Part shown: positions 1 through 10,468 of the stretch, in pieces
Position numbering within the stretch: the stretch's first letter is position 1
Layout: each line of letters starts with the position of its first letter
NCBI GenBank assembly: GCA_036557205.1
Contig: DATBIB010000037.1
Coordinates: 1,163-65,162, forward strand
Origin: Ktedonobacterales bacterium
GTDB lineage: Bacteria; Chloroflexota; Ktedonobacteria; Ktedonobacterales; JADMIN01
Direction of reading: 5' to 3'
Length of the DNA: 64,000 nt
The notes under the pieces: generated by a model
Seen by the model: the letters and a program-made list of their open reading frames with translations, nothing else
The model's database searches: none
What the model was told of the DNA's origin: nothing
Position numbers and translations under genes: made by a program

Positions 1-333
1 GCTCCCTCTCCTGTGATTGGCTCTCATATTGGTGTCGGCTCCCACCGTCGTGCGTCCGATAACCTCTGCGTGGGGCTGTCGTTTCGTGCTATGGCTCGCG
101 GATTTCGCGCAGCAGAGTCTGGCGGGGACGCATAGCATCAGCGTAGACGAAGGGAATCGGATGCGCCCCGCATATAAGGTGAGTCCGCCAGGGGGTTTTT
201 GGGCTGGCCGAAGGGTGGGTATTTTCCTAGCCCTGGTATGGGCGCCCACGTTCGTAGCTCGCTTGAGCGCTGCTGTTCAGGGCATGTGAGCGGCAAGCGT
301 TGTGTTGCGTTACATTACGTCATGTTATGTTGT

Positions 334-356
334 GTTACGTTACGTTACGTTACGTT
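334..356. repeat. Pentanucleotide microsatellite (GTTAC)x4 plus partial unit, preceded by degenerate units from ~307
   Basis: Read directly: gttacgttacgttacgttacgtt at 334-356. Degenerate 'gttacattacgtcatgttatgttgt' lies just upstream. It is non-coding, 34 nt 3' of the stop of the minus-strand histidine kinase. Confidence 0.9.
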
Positions 357-389
357 GATGAATGCTGGAGAACGTTGGAGCGGAATAGG

Positions 390-3300
390 CTAGGAAGAGG
401 AGGCAAGCGGTAGCTGGAACCAGAAGGTAGAGCCTTCTCCCAGCACGCTCTCGACTCCGACGCGCCCTCCCGGATGCAGCTCAATGAGTTGTTTGCAGGT
501 ATATAGACCAAGCCCCAGGCTCCCGTCGAGAAAACTGCTCCCCGGCTGGACCTCGACACCAGGCACACGGTGAAACAGCTCCCAGATGCGCCTCTGCTCC
601 TCCACGGGCAAGCCTGGTCCGTGATCCACGACGCTGACCACCGCCTGGTCTCCCAGTACGTCCAGCTTCACGGTCACCGGTTGGTCAACCGGGGAGTATT
701 TGAGCGCATTCGTTAGATAGTTGCCCAGCACCTGCCCCAAACGGTCTGCATCCGCCACAACTGGCACGATTTTTTCGCACCCCTCCAGGTCGATGCGGCG
801 CTCCGACACCACCGCTTGCTGCATGGCCACATTCGTCCGCACGAGGTCGGCCAGGTCGCAGGGAGCCAGTTCCACTTTCAGCATCCCACTCCGAGCCCGG
901 GCCACGTCAAACAGGACCTCGACCAAGCGCTGCAATTGGTCGACACCCGCGCGTGCGTCGCCTAGTTTGTCTATCACGGCCTCCACGGTACCTACCGCAT
1001 GCTCAATGGTCTCGGAAGATACTGGAGTGGTTGGCGCACTTGCCGTGAGATCCTCGGCCAGTTGCTTGGCCCGCCGCAGCGCCAGCTCCACAAAAATAGA
1101 GACAACCGTGGTCGGGGTCCGGATGTCATGGGACGCTGCGGCAATGAACGCGTCCATATGCTGGGCGACTTCCTGCGCGGCCACCTCATTCGCCTGGGCC
1201 TCCGCCCGCTCGCGCTCTAGGCGGCGACGCTCCGTCTGGTCATGGAGGATGCTCACCGCGCCTACCAGCCGCCCCGTCTCATCGCGCAGCGGCGCAGCGC
1301 TGGTATGGACCTCCACCTCGCGCCCATCCAGCACACGCAGCCGCACATCCCGCGCATCCGCATCGGCTACCAGCCCCTTCAGCACACGGAGAAGCGGCCA
1401 CTCCTCAGGCGGTAGCCGTCGGCCGTCTTCGTCGTACGCCTCGTAGAGCACTGCTCGGCCATGCGTCGAAACCTGGGCATAGTCAGCCGGGGCGGCGTCC
1501 AGCCCCAGAATGCGGCGCGCGGTGGTGTTCGCCCGCACCACATGCCCGTCGGCGTCGTAGACGACCAGCCCATCGGCGATTCCCTCGAAGATGCGGTTGA
1601 GCTGCTCTGCCTGCTCGGCTCGCTCGCGCAACAACTGGTTGCGCTCGGTCACATCGCGGTAGACCAAGACGGTGCCGACCACCTGCCCAGCAGGGGAGCG
1701 GATGGGAGCGGCGCTCACCCGCAGCTCGACCTCACGCCCATCCAGTGTCCGCAGGTACCCGTCCAACGCCTCCGCCTCCGCGAGGACATCACCAGCGAGG
1801 GCGCGCAGCATCGGCCCCTCGTGCGGTGCGAGCGGCTGCCCGTGGGCGTCGCGCGTCGCAAACAGAGCGAAGCGCTCAGGCAACGAGAGCTTGGCGAATG
1901 CGGGGGGAGCCGTATCGAGCCCCAGCAGGCGGTGCAGAGCGGCGTTGGCGCGAACCATCTGCCCGGCTTGGTCATAGACGGCGACCCCATCGGTCATCGC
2001 CTCAAACACGCGGTCGAGCTCCTCGGCGCGGCGCTCTGCCTGGGCGCGTGCCTCCTCGTGTTCACGTTCCAGCCGCTTGTAGGCGGTAATATCTCGACTC
2101 ATCACAACTGCCCCGGTAATATGTCCCCCCGAGTCGCGCAAGGGGGCAGCAGTCATACTGAAGGAGAGAAGCTCTCCTTCCGGGGAGTGAAACTTGATTT
2201 CGACTGCGTCGCTGCCTGCAAGCACCTCACCCCTGAGTGCGCGGGTCTGCGCCCACTCGTCTTCCTCGAGCAGGGTTCCGTCCGGAGCGTAGAACCCACC
2301 TAGCTGCTGCACGCGCTGTCTGACGGTCTCGCCCGGATGTGCCTGCGGGAGGAGACGAGCCACCAGCGTATGGTAGGCGGTATTGGCCATCATGACGCGA
2401 CCATCGGTATCATAGACGGTGAGCGGCTCTGGCACTGCCTCCATAACGGCTTCTAACTGCTTAGCCTGCTCGGCCCGCTCGTGTTCCAGTTGCTTGCGCG
2501 GCGTGATGTCCTCCAGATGGACCACGAAATACGTCGGTTTGCCGTCCTGGCTGTGCACCAGGCTAGCGCTCAGGCGACTCCACACGACGTGGCCGTCCTT
2601 GTGCAGGTAGCGCTTTTCCAACTGGTAACTGCCGAGTTCCCCGTCGAGCGCGCGGCGCAGCAGAGCCTCGTTATCCGCCACATCGTCGGGATGGGTGAAG
2701 TCCCGCAGCGCCATGGCGCGGAGCTCGTCCTCTGTGTAGCCCACCATCCGGCAGACGTACTCATTGACCTCCAGCGGGCGTCCGGCGAGGTCGGTGATCG
2801 CTACGCCAATCGCCGCCGAGTCGAACGTCGCGCGGTAGCGCGCCTCACTCTCGTACAGCTGTTGCACCATCTGCTTGCGCTCGGTGATATCGCGCCCGAC
2901 GCCCTGGATCTCGATCACCCGGCCCATGTCGTCGCGGATCGTGCGATTGACCCACTGCTGCCAGCGCAGGCTTCCATCCGCCATCCTCGTCTGATGCTCC
3001 AAGGTCAAGACGCCTGGATGCGCCAGCACCGAACGGATCATGGCACGGACGGGTTCACGTTCCGATTCAGGCAGCAGATCGATAAACTTGGTGCCGAGCA
3101 GCTGCTCCCGCGATAGCCCCATACTCCGGCAGTTCGCCTCGTTGACGAATGTCAGTGTGGTATCCGGCAAATAGCGGCTGATCAGCTCTGTTTGCGACTC
3201 GACGACGCCACGATATCGCTCTTCACTCGCTTGCAGCTCCACACCAGCCTGCTTGCGCTCCTGCACGACGGCCGCAAGGAAGAAGAGGGGCACGCCGACG

Positions 3301-4295
3301 AACAGTAAATACAGCTGAAGTGCCAACGTGCCGTCGGTCGCAGAACCACCTACAAAGGGTCCGCGGTTGTTCACCGCGCCGGTAATGGCGACGATGGTAA
3401 CCAATGCCAACATGCTGGCCAAGCCCTGCGGGCCAAATCGGACGGCGGCCCAGATCAGCGTCGGCACCAATGCGAAGAGGAGGGCGTCCGCGAGCAATCT
3501 ATCTGGCAGCTGCGTCCCGAATACGACCACGCTCGCCACCACCGCTGTGAGGAGCAGGAGACCGCCCTCCACCTGCTCCCGACGTGAGGTGAGTCCCAGC
3601 CCTCGGGGTCCCTCCGTCAGCCACAGAACGATCGCGGGGGTGAAGACGACAATCCCCAGGACGTACCCGAGGTATCCGATCTGCCAGCTGAGCCAGATGT
3701 CCCACGAGAAGACGATGGCGCGGGCGAAGGCAGCTATGAGGATGGGGGGCACGGCGCCGACGGCGACGCAGGCCATGAAGCGGCTGACTTCACCAACACT
3801 GGCGAAGCGCAAAGGCAGCGCCAGGTAGCGGCGGATCAAGCTCACCGTCACGACCGAGATGCAGACGATGATGACGTAGGCGAAGAAGGCAACTTCCCGG
3901 ACGGTCGCCGTGTTCGGCAGGCCCAGAAACCAGCAATCGAGCGGGACCAGGGGAAGCGTCAACAGGAGAACAAGCCACCAGCGACGCGGTCGCGTCAGGA
4001 GCAGAGCGGAGACGGTGACTGCGCCTCTGACAAACAGAGGGTCGGGACCTTCTATCCTGGGGTTAAGTACTAAGGCCAGCACCGTGGTCACGTGCAGGGA
4101 GATGATCCATGCCACGGCGTAGGCGAAGAGTGGCAGGACAGCACCGACCGCCTTTCGCCAGCCCGCTTGTGTGCGCAGTGAGACGAGGAGCGCACGCCAC
4201 TCGGATACCTCAAGCGAGAGGGCCGTGTGCGCGCCCTGCACTCCGCTGATAAGCGTGACCCGCGCACGGACCCATGGCAGTTTGGGATCGTGCAT
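390..4295 (-). CDS. Giant sensor histidine kinase: N-terminal polytopic membrane (MASE1-like) domain, multiple PAS/PAC repeats, HisKA + HATPase_c
   Basis: ORF 390..4388. Start trimmed to ATG at 4295 (MHDPKLP...), preceded by GGAGG. H-box 'AAASHDIRTPTT'; G1 'DHGPGLP'; G2 'GLGLGLYTCK'. Repeated 'GR.I...RDITERK' PAC-like ends; about 300 aa of hydrophobic helices at the N-terminus. Confidence 0.9.
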   Translation of the reverse strand: MHDPKLPWVRARVTLISGVQGAHTALSLEVSEWRALLVSLRTQAGWRKAVGAVLPLFAYAVAWIISLHVTTVLALVLNPRIEGPDPLFVRGAVTVSALLLTRPRRWWLVLLLTLPLVPLDCWFLGLPNTATVREVAFFAYVIIVCISVVTVSLIRRYLALPLRFASVGEVSRFMACVAVGAVPPILIAAFARAIVFSWDIWLSWQIGYLGYVLGIVVFTPAIVLWLTEGPRGLGLTSRREQVEGGLLLLTAVVASVVVFGTQLPDRLLADALLFALVPTLIWAAVRFGPQGLASMLALVTIVAITGAVNNRGPFVGGSATDGTLALQLYLLFVGVPLFFLAAVVQERKQAGVELQASEERYRGVVESQTELISRYLPDTTLTFVNEANCRSMGLSREQLLGTKFIDLLPESEREPVRAMIRSVLAHPGVLTLEHQTRMADGSLRWQQWVNRTIRDDMGRVIEIQGVGRDITERKQMVQQLYESEARYRATFDSAAIGVAITDLAGRPLEVNEYVCRMVGYTEDELRAMALRDFTHPDDVADNEALLRRALDGELGSYQLEKRYLHKDGHVVWSRLSASLVHSQDGKPTYFVVHLEDITPRKQLEHERAEQAKQLEAVMEAVPEPLTVYDTDGRVMMANTAYHTLVARLLPQAHPGETVRQRVQQLGGFYAPDGTLLEEDEWAQTRALRGEVLAGSDAVEIKFHSPEGELLSFSMTAAPLRDSGGHITGAVVMSRDITAYKRLEREHEEARAQAERRAEELDRVFEAMTDGVAVYDQAGQMVRANAALHRLLGLDTAPPAFAKLSLPERFALFATRDAHGQPLAPHEGPMLRALAGDVLAEAEALDGYLRTLDGREVELRVSAAPIRSPAGQVVGTVLVYRDVTERNQLLRERAEQAEQLNRIFEGIADGLVVYDADGHVVRANTTARRILGLDAAPADYAQVSTHGRAVLYEAYDEDGRRLPPEEWPLLRVLKGLVADADARDVRLRVLDGREVEVHTSAAPLRDETGRLVGAVSILHDQTERRRLERERAEAQANEVAAQEVAQHMDAFIAAASHDIRTPTTVVSIFVELALRRAKQLAEDLTASAPTTPVSSETIEHAVGTVEAVIDKLGDARAGVDQLQRLVEVLFDVARARSGMLKVELAPCDLADLVRTNVAMQQAVVSERRIDLEGCEKIVPVVADADRLGQVLGNYLTNALKYSPVDQPVTVKLDVLGDQAVVSVVDHGPGLPVEEQRRIWELFHRVPGVEVQPGSSFLDGSLGLGLYTCKQLIELHPGGRVGVESVLGEGSTFWFQLPLASSS

Positions 4296-4682
4296 GGCAA
4301 CCTCCGTCCGTGAGGTGACTGTGTGACGCACGCCGGAGTTAGGTACGCTCGGCACGAGGCAGCACGCGCCTGACGCCAAGACCATCATACAAGACTATCG
4401 TATAGGAGCAGACTAGCAATAAGCGTGGAGGTTTGAGTTCAGTATATACTCAATAGCGAATGATACGCGATCAAGGGAAGCGGCAGCAATGTTGTATCAA
4501 CGGCCAGTGGAAGTACAGTTAGCGATGCCGCGGTAATGTCCCTGCCTATTGTTCCCTGAGGCGTCCCCGACTGCCGCAGCGTTCGATACGATGACTTGGT
4601 GCGCAGCGTGTACCGCCAGCGCGCCTAGCCCTCATGCGCATCGCCTGGCATTTGGTTGGTAGTTGGGGATATCAGCGCTCGG

Positions 4683-6047
4683 TTAGACCACCTTGCCAGG
4701 GTTCAGCAGGTGATCGGGATCGAAGAGATCCTTGATGCGACGCATCCAGTCGAGGCTGGCGCCGTGCTCCTCCGCCATGAACTTGCGCTTGACCAGGCCG
4801 ATGCCGTGCTCGCCGCTGGCCGTGCCGCCCCAGGCGAGCGCCTGATTCACCAGTCGCTCTGAGAACGTCTGGACGCGGTCGTAGTCCTCCGCTTTCGTGG
4901 CGATGGTCGTATGGAAATTGCCGTCGCCCACGTGTCCAATGATGCTGCCCTCGATGCCCATGTCCGCCAGCAATTCTTGCGCGTATGCGATCAATCCTGG
5001 CAGATGATTGAGCGGTACGGCAGTATCCGTGATGATAAAACTGTGGCCAGGATGCATATTAACCATGGCCCAGTAGAGATGGTGCCGTGCCTCCCACTGC
5101 TCCGTCCGCTCTTGCGCCGTGCGGGCGATGGTGATGTCGGTCGCACCGGCTTCGCGCACGAGGTCTTCGACCAGGCGAATCTCTTCCTCAATCGCCGCCG
5201 CGGTCGAGGAGTGGAACTCCAGGAACAGGGCGGTCTGCTCGGTATAGCCGCGCCCCAGGTAGTTGTTGATGCTGCGCATGCCGAGCTCATCCACCAATTC
5301 TATGCGCGCAACGGGCAGGGCGCTTGCCATGATCGCATAGGAAGCCTGAGCCGCCGCCGCGATAGACGGGAAAAAGACCCGCAACGTGTGGATATGCTCC
5401 GGCACGGGATGCAGCTGCACGGTCACCTCAGTGATCACACCAAGCGTACCGGAAGAGCCGACGAAAAGATCTTTCAGATCGTAGCCACTGCTCGTCTTGC
5501 GCACTGGCCGTCCGACGCGCAGCGCCTCGCCGTTCGCCAGCACGACCTCAAGCGCCACAGTGTTCTGGCGCATGCCGCCGTAGCGGACGGTGGTGGTGCC
5601 GCTGGCGTTGGTGGACGCCAACCCGCCGAGCGAGGCGTCCGCCCCTGGATCGACCGGGAAGAAGAGTCCAGTGTGGCGCAATGCCTCGTTGAGCGCCGTG
5701 CGCGTGAGGCCTGGCTGAACCACCGCCAGGAAGTTCTCCGGCTGGATGCTCACCACCTGATTCATGCGCGAGAGATCGAGGCTGAGCACCTGAGCGCCGA
5801 CACGTTCGGGTACCAGCGCCCCTTCCAGGCTGGTGCCCGCTCCGAAGGGGATCACGGGCGTCTGCTGCTCGCGACACCACGCCAGCACGGTCTGCACGTC
5901 TTCTTTCGACTGCGCATAGGCCACGGCGAGCGGCGGGCGCACCTCCGGAAAGTTCTCGTCGCGTCCATGCGCTTCGAGGACAGACTGACTGATGCTCAGT
6001 TGACTATCTCCAAGCCGTGCCCGCAACGTTTCCAGTGCTTCATCCAT
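4683..6047 (-). CDS. FAD-linked oxidase (GlcD / D-lactate dehydrogenase family)
   Basis: ORF 4683..6179. Start trimmed to ATG 6047 (MDEALETL...), preceded by AGGGGGA. FAD_binding_4-type 'VIPFGAGTSLEG'; C-terminal 'GEHGIGLVKRKFM' typical of the GlcD family. Confidence 0.85.
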   Translation of the reverse strand: MDEALETLRARLGDSQLSISQSVLEAHGRDENFPEVRPPLAVAYAQSKEDVQTVLAWCREQQTPVIPFGAGTSLEGALVPERVGAQVLSLDLSRMNQVVSIQPENFLAVVQPGLTRTALNEALRHTGLFFPVDPGADASLGGLASTNASGTTTVRYGGMRQNTVALEVVLANGEALRVGRPVRKTSSGYDLKDLFVGSSGTLGVITEVTVQLHPVPEHIHTLRVFFPSIAAAAQASYAIMASALPVARIELVDELGMRSINNYLGRGYTEQTALFLEFHSSTAAAIEEEIRLVEDLVREAGATDITIARTAQERTEQWEARHHLYWAMVNMHPGHSFIITDTAVPLNHLPGLIAYAQELLADMGIEGSIIGHVGDGNFHTTIATKAEDYDRVQTFSERLVNQALAWGGTASGEHGIGLVKRKFMAEEHGASLDWMRRIKDLFDPDHLLNPGKVV

Positions 6048-6150
6048 GGTGTCCCCCTTGTGCTGTTTCTGCTGGCGCGGCAGCCGCTCGGCCCTGTGGC
6101 GAATGTGAACGCGACATAACGCGACGTACGCTACGCGCCAGTGGCAGCGC

Positions 6151-7380
6151 TCATCCGGTGATGCGCGAGATGCTGCCATCCAGACTTACTACATAGAGTT
6201 CGCCGGAAGCGTCTTCACCAAACGACGAAATGGAGAGCGACGTGTCCAGAATCTGCTGAGCAGTGGCATGGCCGTCACGCGCATCAGCCGCCGGGAAACT
6301 CCAGATCCGGCCACTGCAATCATCGCCATAGAAATAGGCTCCAGTCAGGCTGGGATGCTTCTGGCCGCGATAGACGTAACCGCCGACAACCACGCAGTTG
6401 CCATCCACGTGTGTGTAGGTCGCAACGGGAGCGGTCAGGCCGCCGGTCGAGCAGGCGCTGCCACCCGCGTAGCAACTGTTGCCCTCGTAGATAGCCCAGC
6501 CGTAATTCTGGCCGCCCTTGCTCGCGGCTGGCTGGTAGTCGATCTCCTCGATCTCATTCTGGCCCGCGTCGCCGATAAAGAGATCGTGGGTGGTGCGGTC
6601 GAAGCTGTAGCGCCAGGGATTCCGCAGCCCATACGCCCAGATCTCGGGGCGCGCTCCCGCCTGGTTGGCAAACGGGTTGTCGGATGGGATGGCGTATTGT
6701 CGGCCCGCCGAGGTATGGTCCACATCGATGCGCAGGATCTTGCCCAGCAGCGTGTTCTTCCGCTGGCCGTTGGCCGAGTTGCCGCTGCCACCGTCGCCAA
6801 TACCGATGTAGAGGTAGCCGTCGCTGCCAAAAAGCAGCAGACCCCCATTGTGATTCGAGACCGGATGCGCCGCCGTCAGGATGATCCGCGCGCTCGCGGG
6901 GTCGGCGCGATAAGGATCACTCGCCGAGACATGGTAACGCGCGACGGTGACAGTCCCGTCGACGGCGGTATAGTCCACAAAGAAGTAGCCATTTTGCGCG
7001 TAGTCCGGGTGGAAGGCGATGCTCAGCAACCCGCGCTCGCCGCCGGTGGAGATCAACTGGTGGATATCCAGGAACGGCTGCGCGCGCACCGTGCCGTCCA
7101 TCCCTACCACCAGGACACGCCCCGTCTGCTCCACGACGTAGACGCGGTCGGTCTGTCCCGGCGCGTAGGTAAGATAGACTGGACTTTGTAGACCCGTCAC
7201 GAAGGGCTGGAGGTGAATGGCGCCTGGTCCAAGCGGTGCGCCGGGCGTGCTCGTCGTGGCCGGGTCGCCATGGGTGGCCGTTGCGGTGGGCTGGGTCTTC
7301 GTCGTCGACGAGGCGCAGGCAGTTATCGCCATGCTCACCACGAGTCCCCAGATCACCACGAGCGAGAGACGACGTCGCAT
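6151..7380 (-). CDS. Secreted lipoprotein, PQQ-dependent sugar (glucose/sorbosone) dehydrogenase-like beta-propeller
   Basis: Signal peptide plus lipobox 'AITAC'. 'GGERGLLSIAFHPDY', 'HNGG', 'GLRNPWR' are typical of the GDH_B / sorbosone dehydrogenase family. Confidence 0.8.
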   Translation of the reverse strand: MRRRLSLVVIWGLVVSMAITACASSTTKTQPTATATHGDPATTSTPGAPLGPGAIHLQPFVTGLQSPVYLTYAPGQTDRVYVVEQTGRVLVVGMDGTVRAQPFLDIHQLISTGGERGLLSIAFHPDYAQNGYFFVDYTAVDGTVTVARYHVSASDPYRADPASARIILTAAHPVSNHNGGLLLFGSDGYLYIGIGDGGSGNSANGQRKNTLLGKILRIDVDHTSAGRQYAIPSDNPFANQAGARPEIWAYGLRNPWRYSFDRTTHDLFIGDAGQNEIEEIDYQPAASKGGQNYGWAIYEGNSCYAGGSACSTGGLTAPVATYTHVDGNCVVVGGYVYRGQKHPSLTGAYFYGDDCSGRIWSFPAADARDGHATAQQILDTSLSISSFGEDASGELYVVSLDGSISRITG

Positions 7381-7574
7381 CGGTTCACCTCTTCATGCTC
7401 AGACAACGTTCCCGGTGGGCTGTTACTCATCGCTCAGCGATATGACGCGCAAACGATGCCATACATACGAGGCGCTAGAAGGAATAGTGGCACACGCAGC
7501 TGCCGTGTTGGCATATTGCGGTCAAAATGGCCAGACGCGGCAAAGCCAAAGAGGCTGCACCCATGCCAGTTCGG

Positions 7575-8342
7575 CTACTGCCAGGTCACCGAGATCGACG
7601 TGATGTTCTCGTAGTTCGCATCGACGGCGGCAAACGGGGCGCCGCCTGGCTTGCTGCTGGTGATGCGCGAGAGCGAGAGGATGCCAGCGCCGGGCGCGAA
7701 ATCCTTGAAGTCCATGGCGTTGAATCGGGTGCTGCCGGTATCTGACAATGCCAGCGAGAGCGCCGTATGGGCGCGGCTATCGCTGGCGCTGCCGACGACG
7801 ATGGAATGGGCGAGGCCACTGGGCGAGTAGTGCGCCACGAATGATCCGCTGCTCGGAATGGCGACCGTGGCGCCACCGGCAGGATCGGTAATGGTGAGGG
7901 GAGCATGCACCACCGCCACCGCGATCGTGACCGGACTGCCGCCATCCCCTCCGGCTGCCGCCGAGGCGGGCGTATAGACGAAGGTGTATGCGCCCCCGGC
8001 GGGCTGCAACGGCACATCGCCGATATAGGCGCCGTAGCCAAGCATGCGCGCGTAGTAGCCGCTGTCATACTTGAGAAAGACGCCGTTGCAGGTGATGGTC
8101 TCGCCGTGGACGAACTCGACCGTATTGAGCGCATGATCGGCGAAATGGATGGCGACCTGCGTCGTCCCCTGGTGATAGTCCTTGATATCGATGCTCACGC
8201 GCAGGGCGCTGGGGGCGAGCACATCGGTCACGGTGGTGCAGCCGGAGAGGGTCAGCCCTATTAGCAGTGTGAGCAGGGGAAGAATGGCAAGCAGTCTGGT
8301 ATATGCTGATGCTTTCCTGGCCAAACGTGGACGCATGGACAC
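7575..8342 (-). CDS. Hypothetical lipoprotein
   Basis: Signal peptide with lipobox 'LTLSGC'. Coding-like composition; no recognisable catalytic motif. Confidence 0.6.
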   Translation of the reverse strand: MSMRPRLARKASAYTRLLAILPLLTLLIGLTLSGCTTVTDVLAPSALRVSIDIKDYHQGTTQVAIHFADHALNTVEFVHGETITCNGVFLKYDSGYYARMLGYGAYIGDVPLQPAGGAYTFVYTPASAAAGGDGGSPVTIAVAVVHAPLTITDPAGGATVAIPSSGSFVAHYSPSGLAHSIVVGSASDSRAHTALSLALSDTGSTRFNAMDFKDFAPGAGILSLSRITSSKPGGAPFAAVDANYENITSISVTWQ

Positions 8343-8524
8343 CTACCTCCATACCAACATGGCTCACTGGTGGATGGCTGGCATCGTTGCTCCACCCGGC
8401 GTGCAGTATACACCTGATACACCTGGGTGGCAGCGATAGGCATCATGCGGCGCTGATGGTGCTATCAAACAGAGGGGCGGCGTCACGAATAGGGGGTGAC
8501 ACCGCCTGACATGGGGAGTGACAT

Positions 8525-8570
8525 GGGAGCCGATGGTGGGACTCGAACCCGCAACCTGAGGTTTACAAAA
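8525..8570 (-). repeat. Direct repeat copy 1 of the 3' half of tRNA-Thr (distal att-like site)
   Basis: 46 nt 'gggagccgatggtgggactcgaacccgcaacctgaggtttacaaaa', identical to 12436-12481 and 9799-9844. There is no 5' tRNA half next to it. Confidence 0.9.
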
Positions 8571-8926
8571 TCCATGCGCTCGATACATCACGGGCCGCGG
8601 CTATCCGCTATGTCGGGAAAAATCAGTGGTTGCTATACGGTCGAAGAGGGCGCGGCGGCACGTAACATTGCCCCGTACCGTAGAGAGAAGGCATGCAAGC
8701 TGCCAACACAGGGACGAGCCATGGCTAATAGACGACTCGTCTTAGTGCGCCTCGCCCGCCGATGGGTACACGGCGATGCGCCGCAAGTGAGATCTCTGGC
8801 GCACTTGCCTGATGCTTGGCGTCACTCGCTTCAGCCCCACCGTCCAAGCTGGCGGCCGACGAAACGTGGAGCAAACTTGCTTCTCGCTTGTACGATCATG
8901 CGCGCCAAAATGGGAGAACGACCTTC

Positions 8927-9613
8927 ATGTCATTCATCTCTGACCTTCCTCCGCAACCTCCTTCGCAGGTGCGGGCAGCTCGCACCATTCGCCCGCGGAT
9001 CTGGATCGCCCTCGCCATCATTCTCGTGATCATCGTCTCCATGGGAACGGTCTTTGCCGTAGTCATGGGCCGCAATACGTCGCCCCTGGTCGGCGGTACG
9101 GCGACTGGCACAGCGGCAGCGGCGACCGCGACACTGGTGTCGTCGGATATGGTGACGGAAGGCGATGCCAGAGCGCTCTTCGGTGGATTCCTGATTGCGT
9201 GTGACGATGTGGCGACCTATTCCCTCGCAGGGCAAGGTGTGCCCTGTCCCAAGCTGGATCGTGGCCGCATCTATGAAGTGGGTGGTCATTATTGTGCCGA
9301 TGACTGGCACCTTGTCTCGTCTCAGCTCGTTGATTCCCAGACAAACGTAGAGAACTATAAGCCCCAGCAGTCGATTGATGGGGTGACGCTCCAGACGACA
9401 CGGACAGCTGTCAAACCGGTCGATCCCGCCTATTCCCAGCAGCACTACGGCGACCAGGAGTTCTACATACAGATTGGTGTGGTCCTCACGCCACAGCAGA
9501 TCTCCGTTGGAAAGCATACATTGCGCCAGTTCGACACGGCCATTGGTTTCGATAGGCAGATTCCGTTCACGATTGATGCTTCCGGGACAGGCGCGTGCCA
9601 GACGCATCAATAG
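8927..9613 (+). CDS. Hypothetical single-pass membrane protein (island cargo)
   Basis: ORF 8816..9613. Start trimmed to ATG 8927 (MSFISDLPP...), with GGGAGA 8 nt upstream. One TM helix 'IWIALAIILVIIVSMGTVFAVVMG'; no recognised domain. Confidence 0.55.
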   Translation: MSFISDLPPQPPSQVRAARTIRPRIWIALAIILVIIVSMGTVFAVVMGRNTSPLVGGTATGTAAAATATLVSSDMVTEGDARALFGGFLIACDDVATYSLAGQGVPCPKLDRGRIYEVGGHYCADDWHLVSSQLVDSQTNVENYKPQQSIDGVTLQTTRTAVKPVDPAYSQQHYGDQEFYIQIGVVLTPQQISVGKHTLRQFDTAIGFDRQIPFTIDASGTGACQTHQ

Positions 9614-9749
9614 CATTGCCTGTTGGCCTGTTGCTGATGCAACGAGAAGCGTTCTCACTCAGTGACTTCCTGACAATGACGCAACTCACTTGTCGCCAAT
9701 CACTTGTTGGCGTTGTAGTTGAGGTAGTAGCGTCCAGGCACAAGAAAGC

Positions 9750-9796
9750 GGCCTCACTGCTGGTTCAGTGAGGCCCATTGAATTCTGGTTTTTTTT
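9750..9796 (+). terminator. Stem-loop (10-bp perfect stem) followed at a distance by a T8 run
   Basis: GGCCTCACTG-ctggtt-CAGTGAGGCC at 9750-9775; T8 at 9789-9796, a 13-nt gap and therefore atypical. It sits immediately before att-like copy 2. Confidence 0.4.
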
Positions 9797-9798
9797 GT

Positions 9799-9846
9799 GG
9801 GAGCCGATGGTGGGACTCGAACCCGCAACCTGAGGTTTACAAAACC
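9799..9846 (-). repeat. Direct repeat copy 2 of the 3' half of tRNA-Thr (internal att-like site)
   Basis: 48 nt identical to 12436-12483; diverges at 9847. Confidence 0.9.
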
Positions 9847-9895
9847 GTTTCGCCTGACTTTGTCCTAGTTTCGGCTCGTTTCATCGGGTACGTAG

Positions 9896-10078
9896 ATCAT
9901 CGCTGCGCTCACCGAAGCAGAGGCAGCCACCTCCTGGCGCCTCGATGCTGTCAACAGACTCGCTGCTGCACTCGCCGAGAACGAGAGCGAGCGCGCACGC
10001 GTCGGTGAGACCTATCTGGCGCGTGACGATGTGACCCTGCGCGCGCTGCTCGAGCGCTACACACGGAGTGAAGAATAA
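9896..10078 (+). pseudogene. Start-less 60-codon open frame, probable 3' gene fragment next to att-like copy 2
   Basis: The frame opens right after a TAG at 9893-9895. It reads IIAALTEAEAATSWRLDAVNRLAAALAENESERARVGETYLARDDVTLRALLERYTRSEE*. There is no ATG/GTG/TTG until the last 15 codons. Host-like high GC. Confidence 0.3.
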
Positions 10079-10120
10079 GAGGGGGCACTGCGGGTGCTGG
10101 AGAAGGCGGTCGATTAAGTG

Positions 10121-10411
10121 TTAATTGCAGGTGACCCACTCGAATAGTCCAACATGTGTGTCCCGAAAGGACCGCGCAACCTCTTGTACCACAGGGTAAT
10201 ATTTTTCCTTTTGAGGATGGCTGAATACGAAGGTGAGTAGATCTGATAACCGGACAAAAAGGAAACAAATAAGGTCGTAGGGAATGGCCAAAAGGAGCCA
10301 GCCAAAATAGAAAGCTGTCGCGACAATGACTGCAACTACATAGAATGGCGACCGGATTGGAATGAGGAACGCCTTTTGAGCAGGGGTATACCTAGTCTTG
10401 TTGTTATACAT
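10121..10411 (-). CDS. Small hypothetical membrane protein in an A/T-rich segment
   Basis: 96-aa ORF with two hydrophobic helices (FYVVAVIVATAFYFGWLLLAIPYDLICFLFV). The local sequence is much more A/T-rich than its surroundings. Confidence 0.4.
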   Translation of the reverse strand: MYNNKTRYTPAQKAFLIPIRSPFYVVAVIVATAFYFGWLLLAIPYDLICFLFVRLSDLLTFVFSHPQKEKYYPVVQEVARSFRDTHVGLFEWVTCN

Positions 10412-10468
10412 GAATGCATGTCCTCCGCGAAAGCCGTCTGCCGTCTATTGAGACAACACAACGGCACC

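Noticed and set aside
1-333. Possible structured ncRNA (RNase P, tmRNA, 6S) at the start of the window.
   Set aside because: No conserved cores were found on either strand (the RNase P GAGGAAAGUCC/ACAGAAA cores, or a tmRNA tRNA-like end). It is left unassigned.
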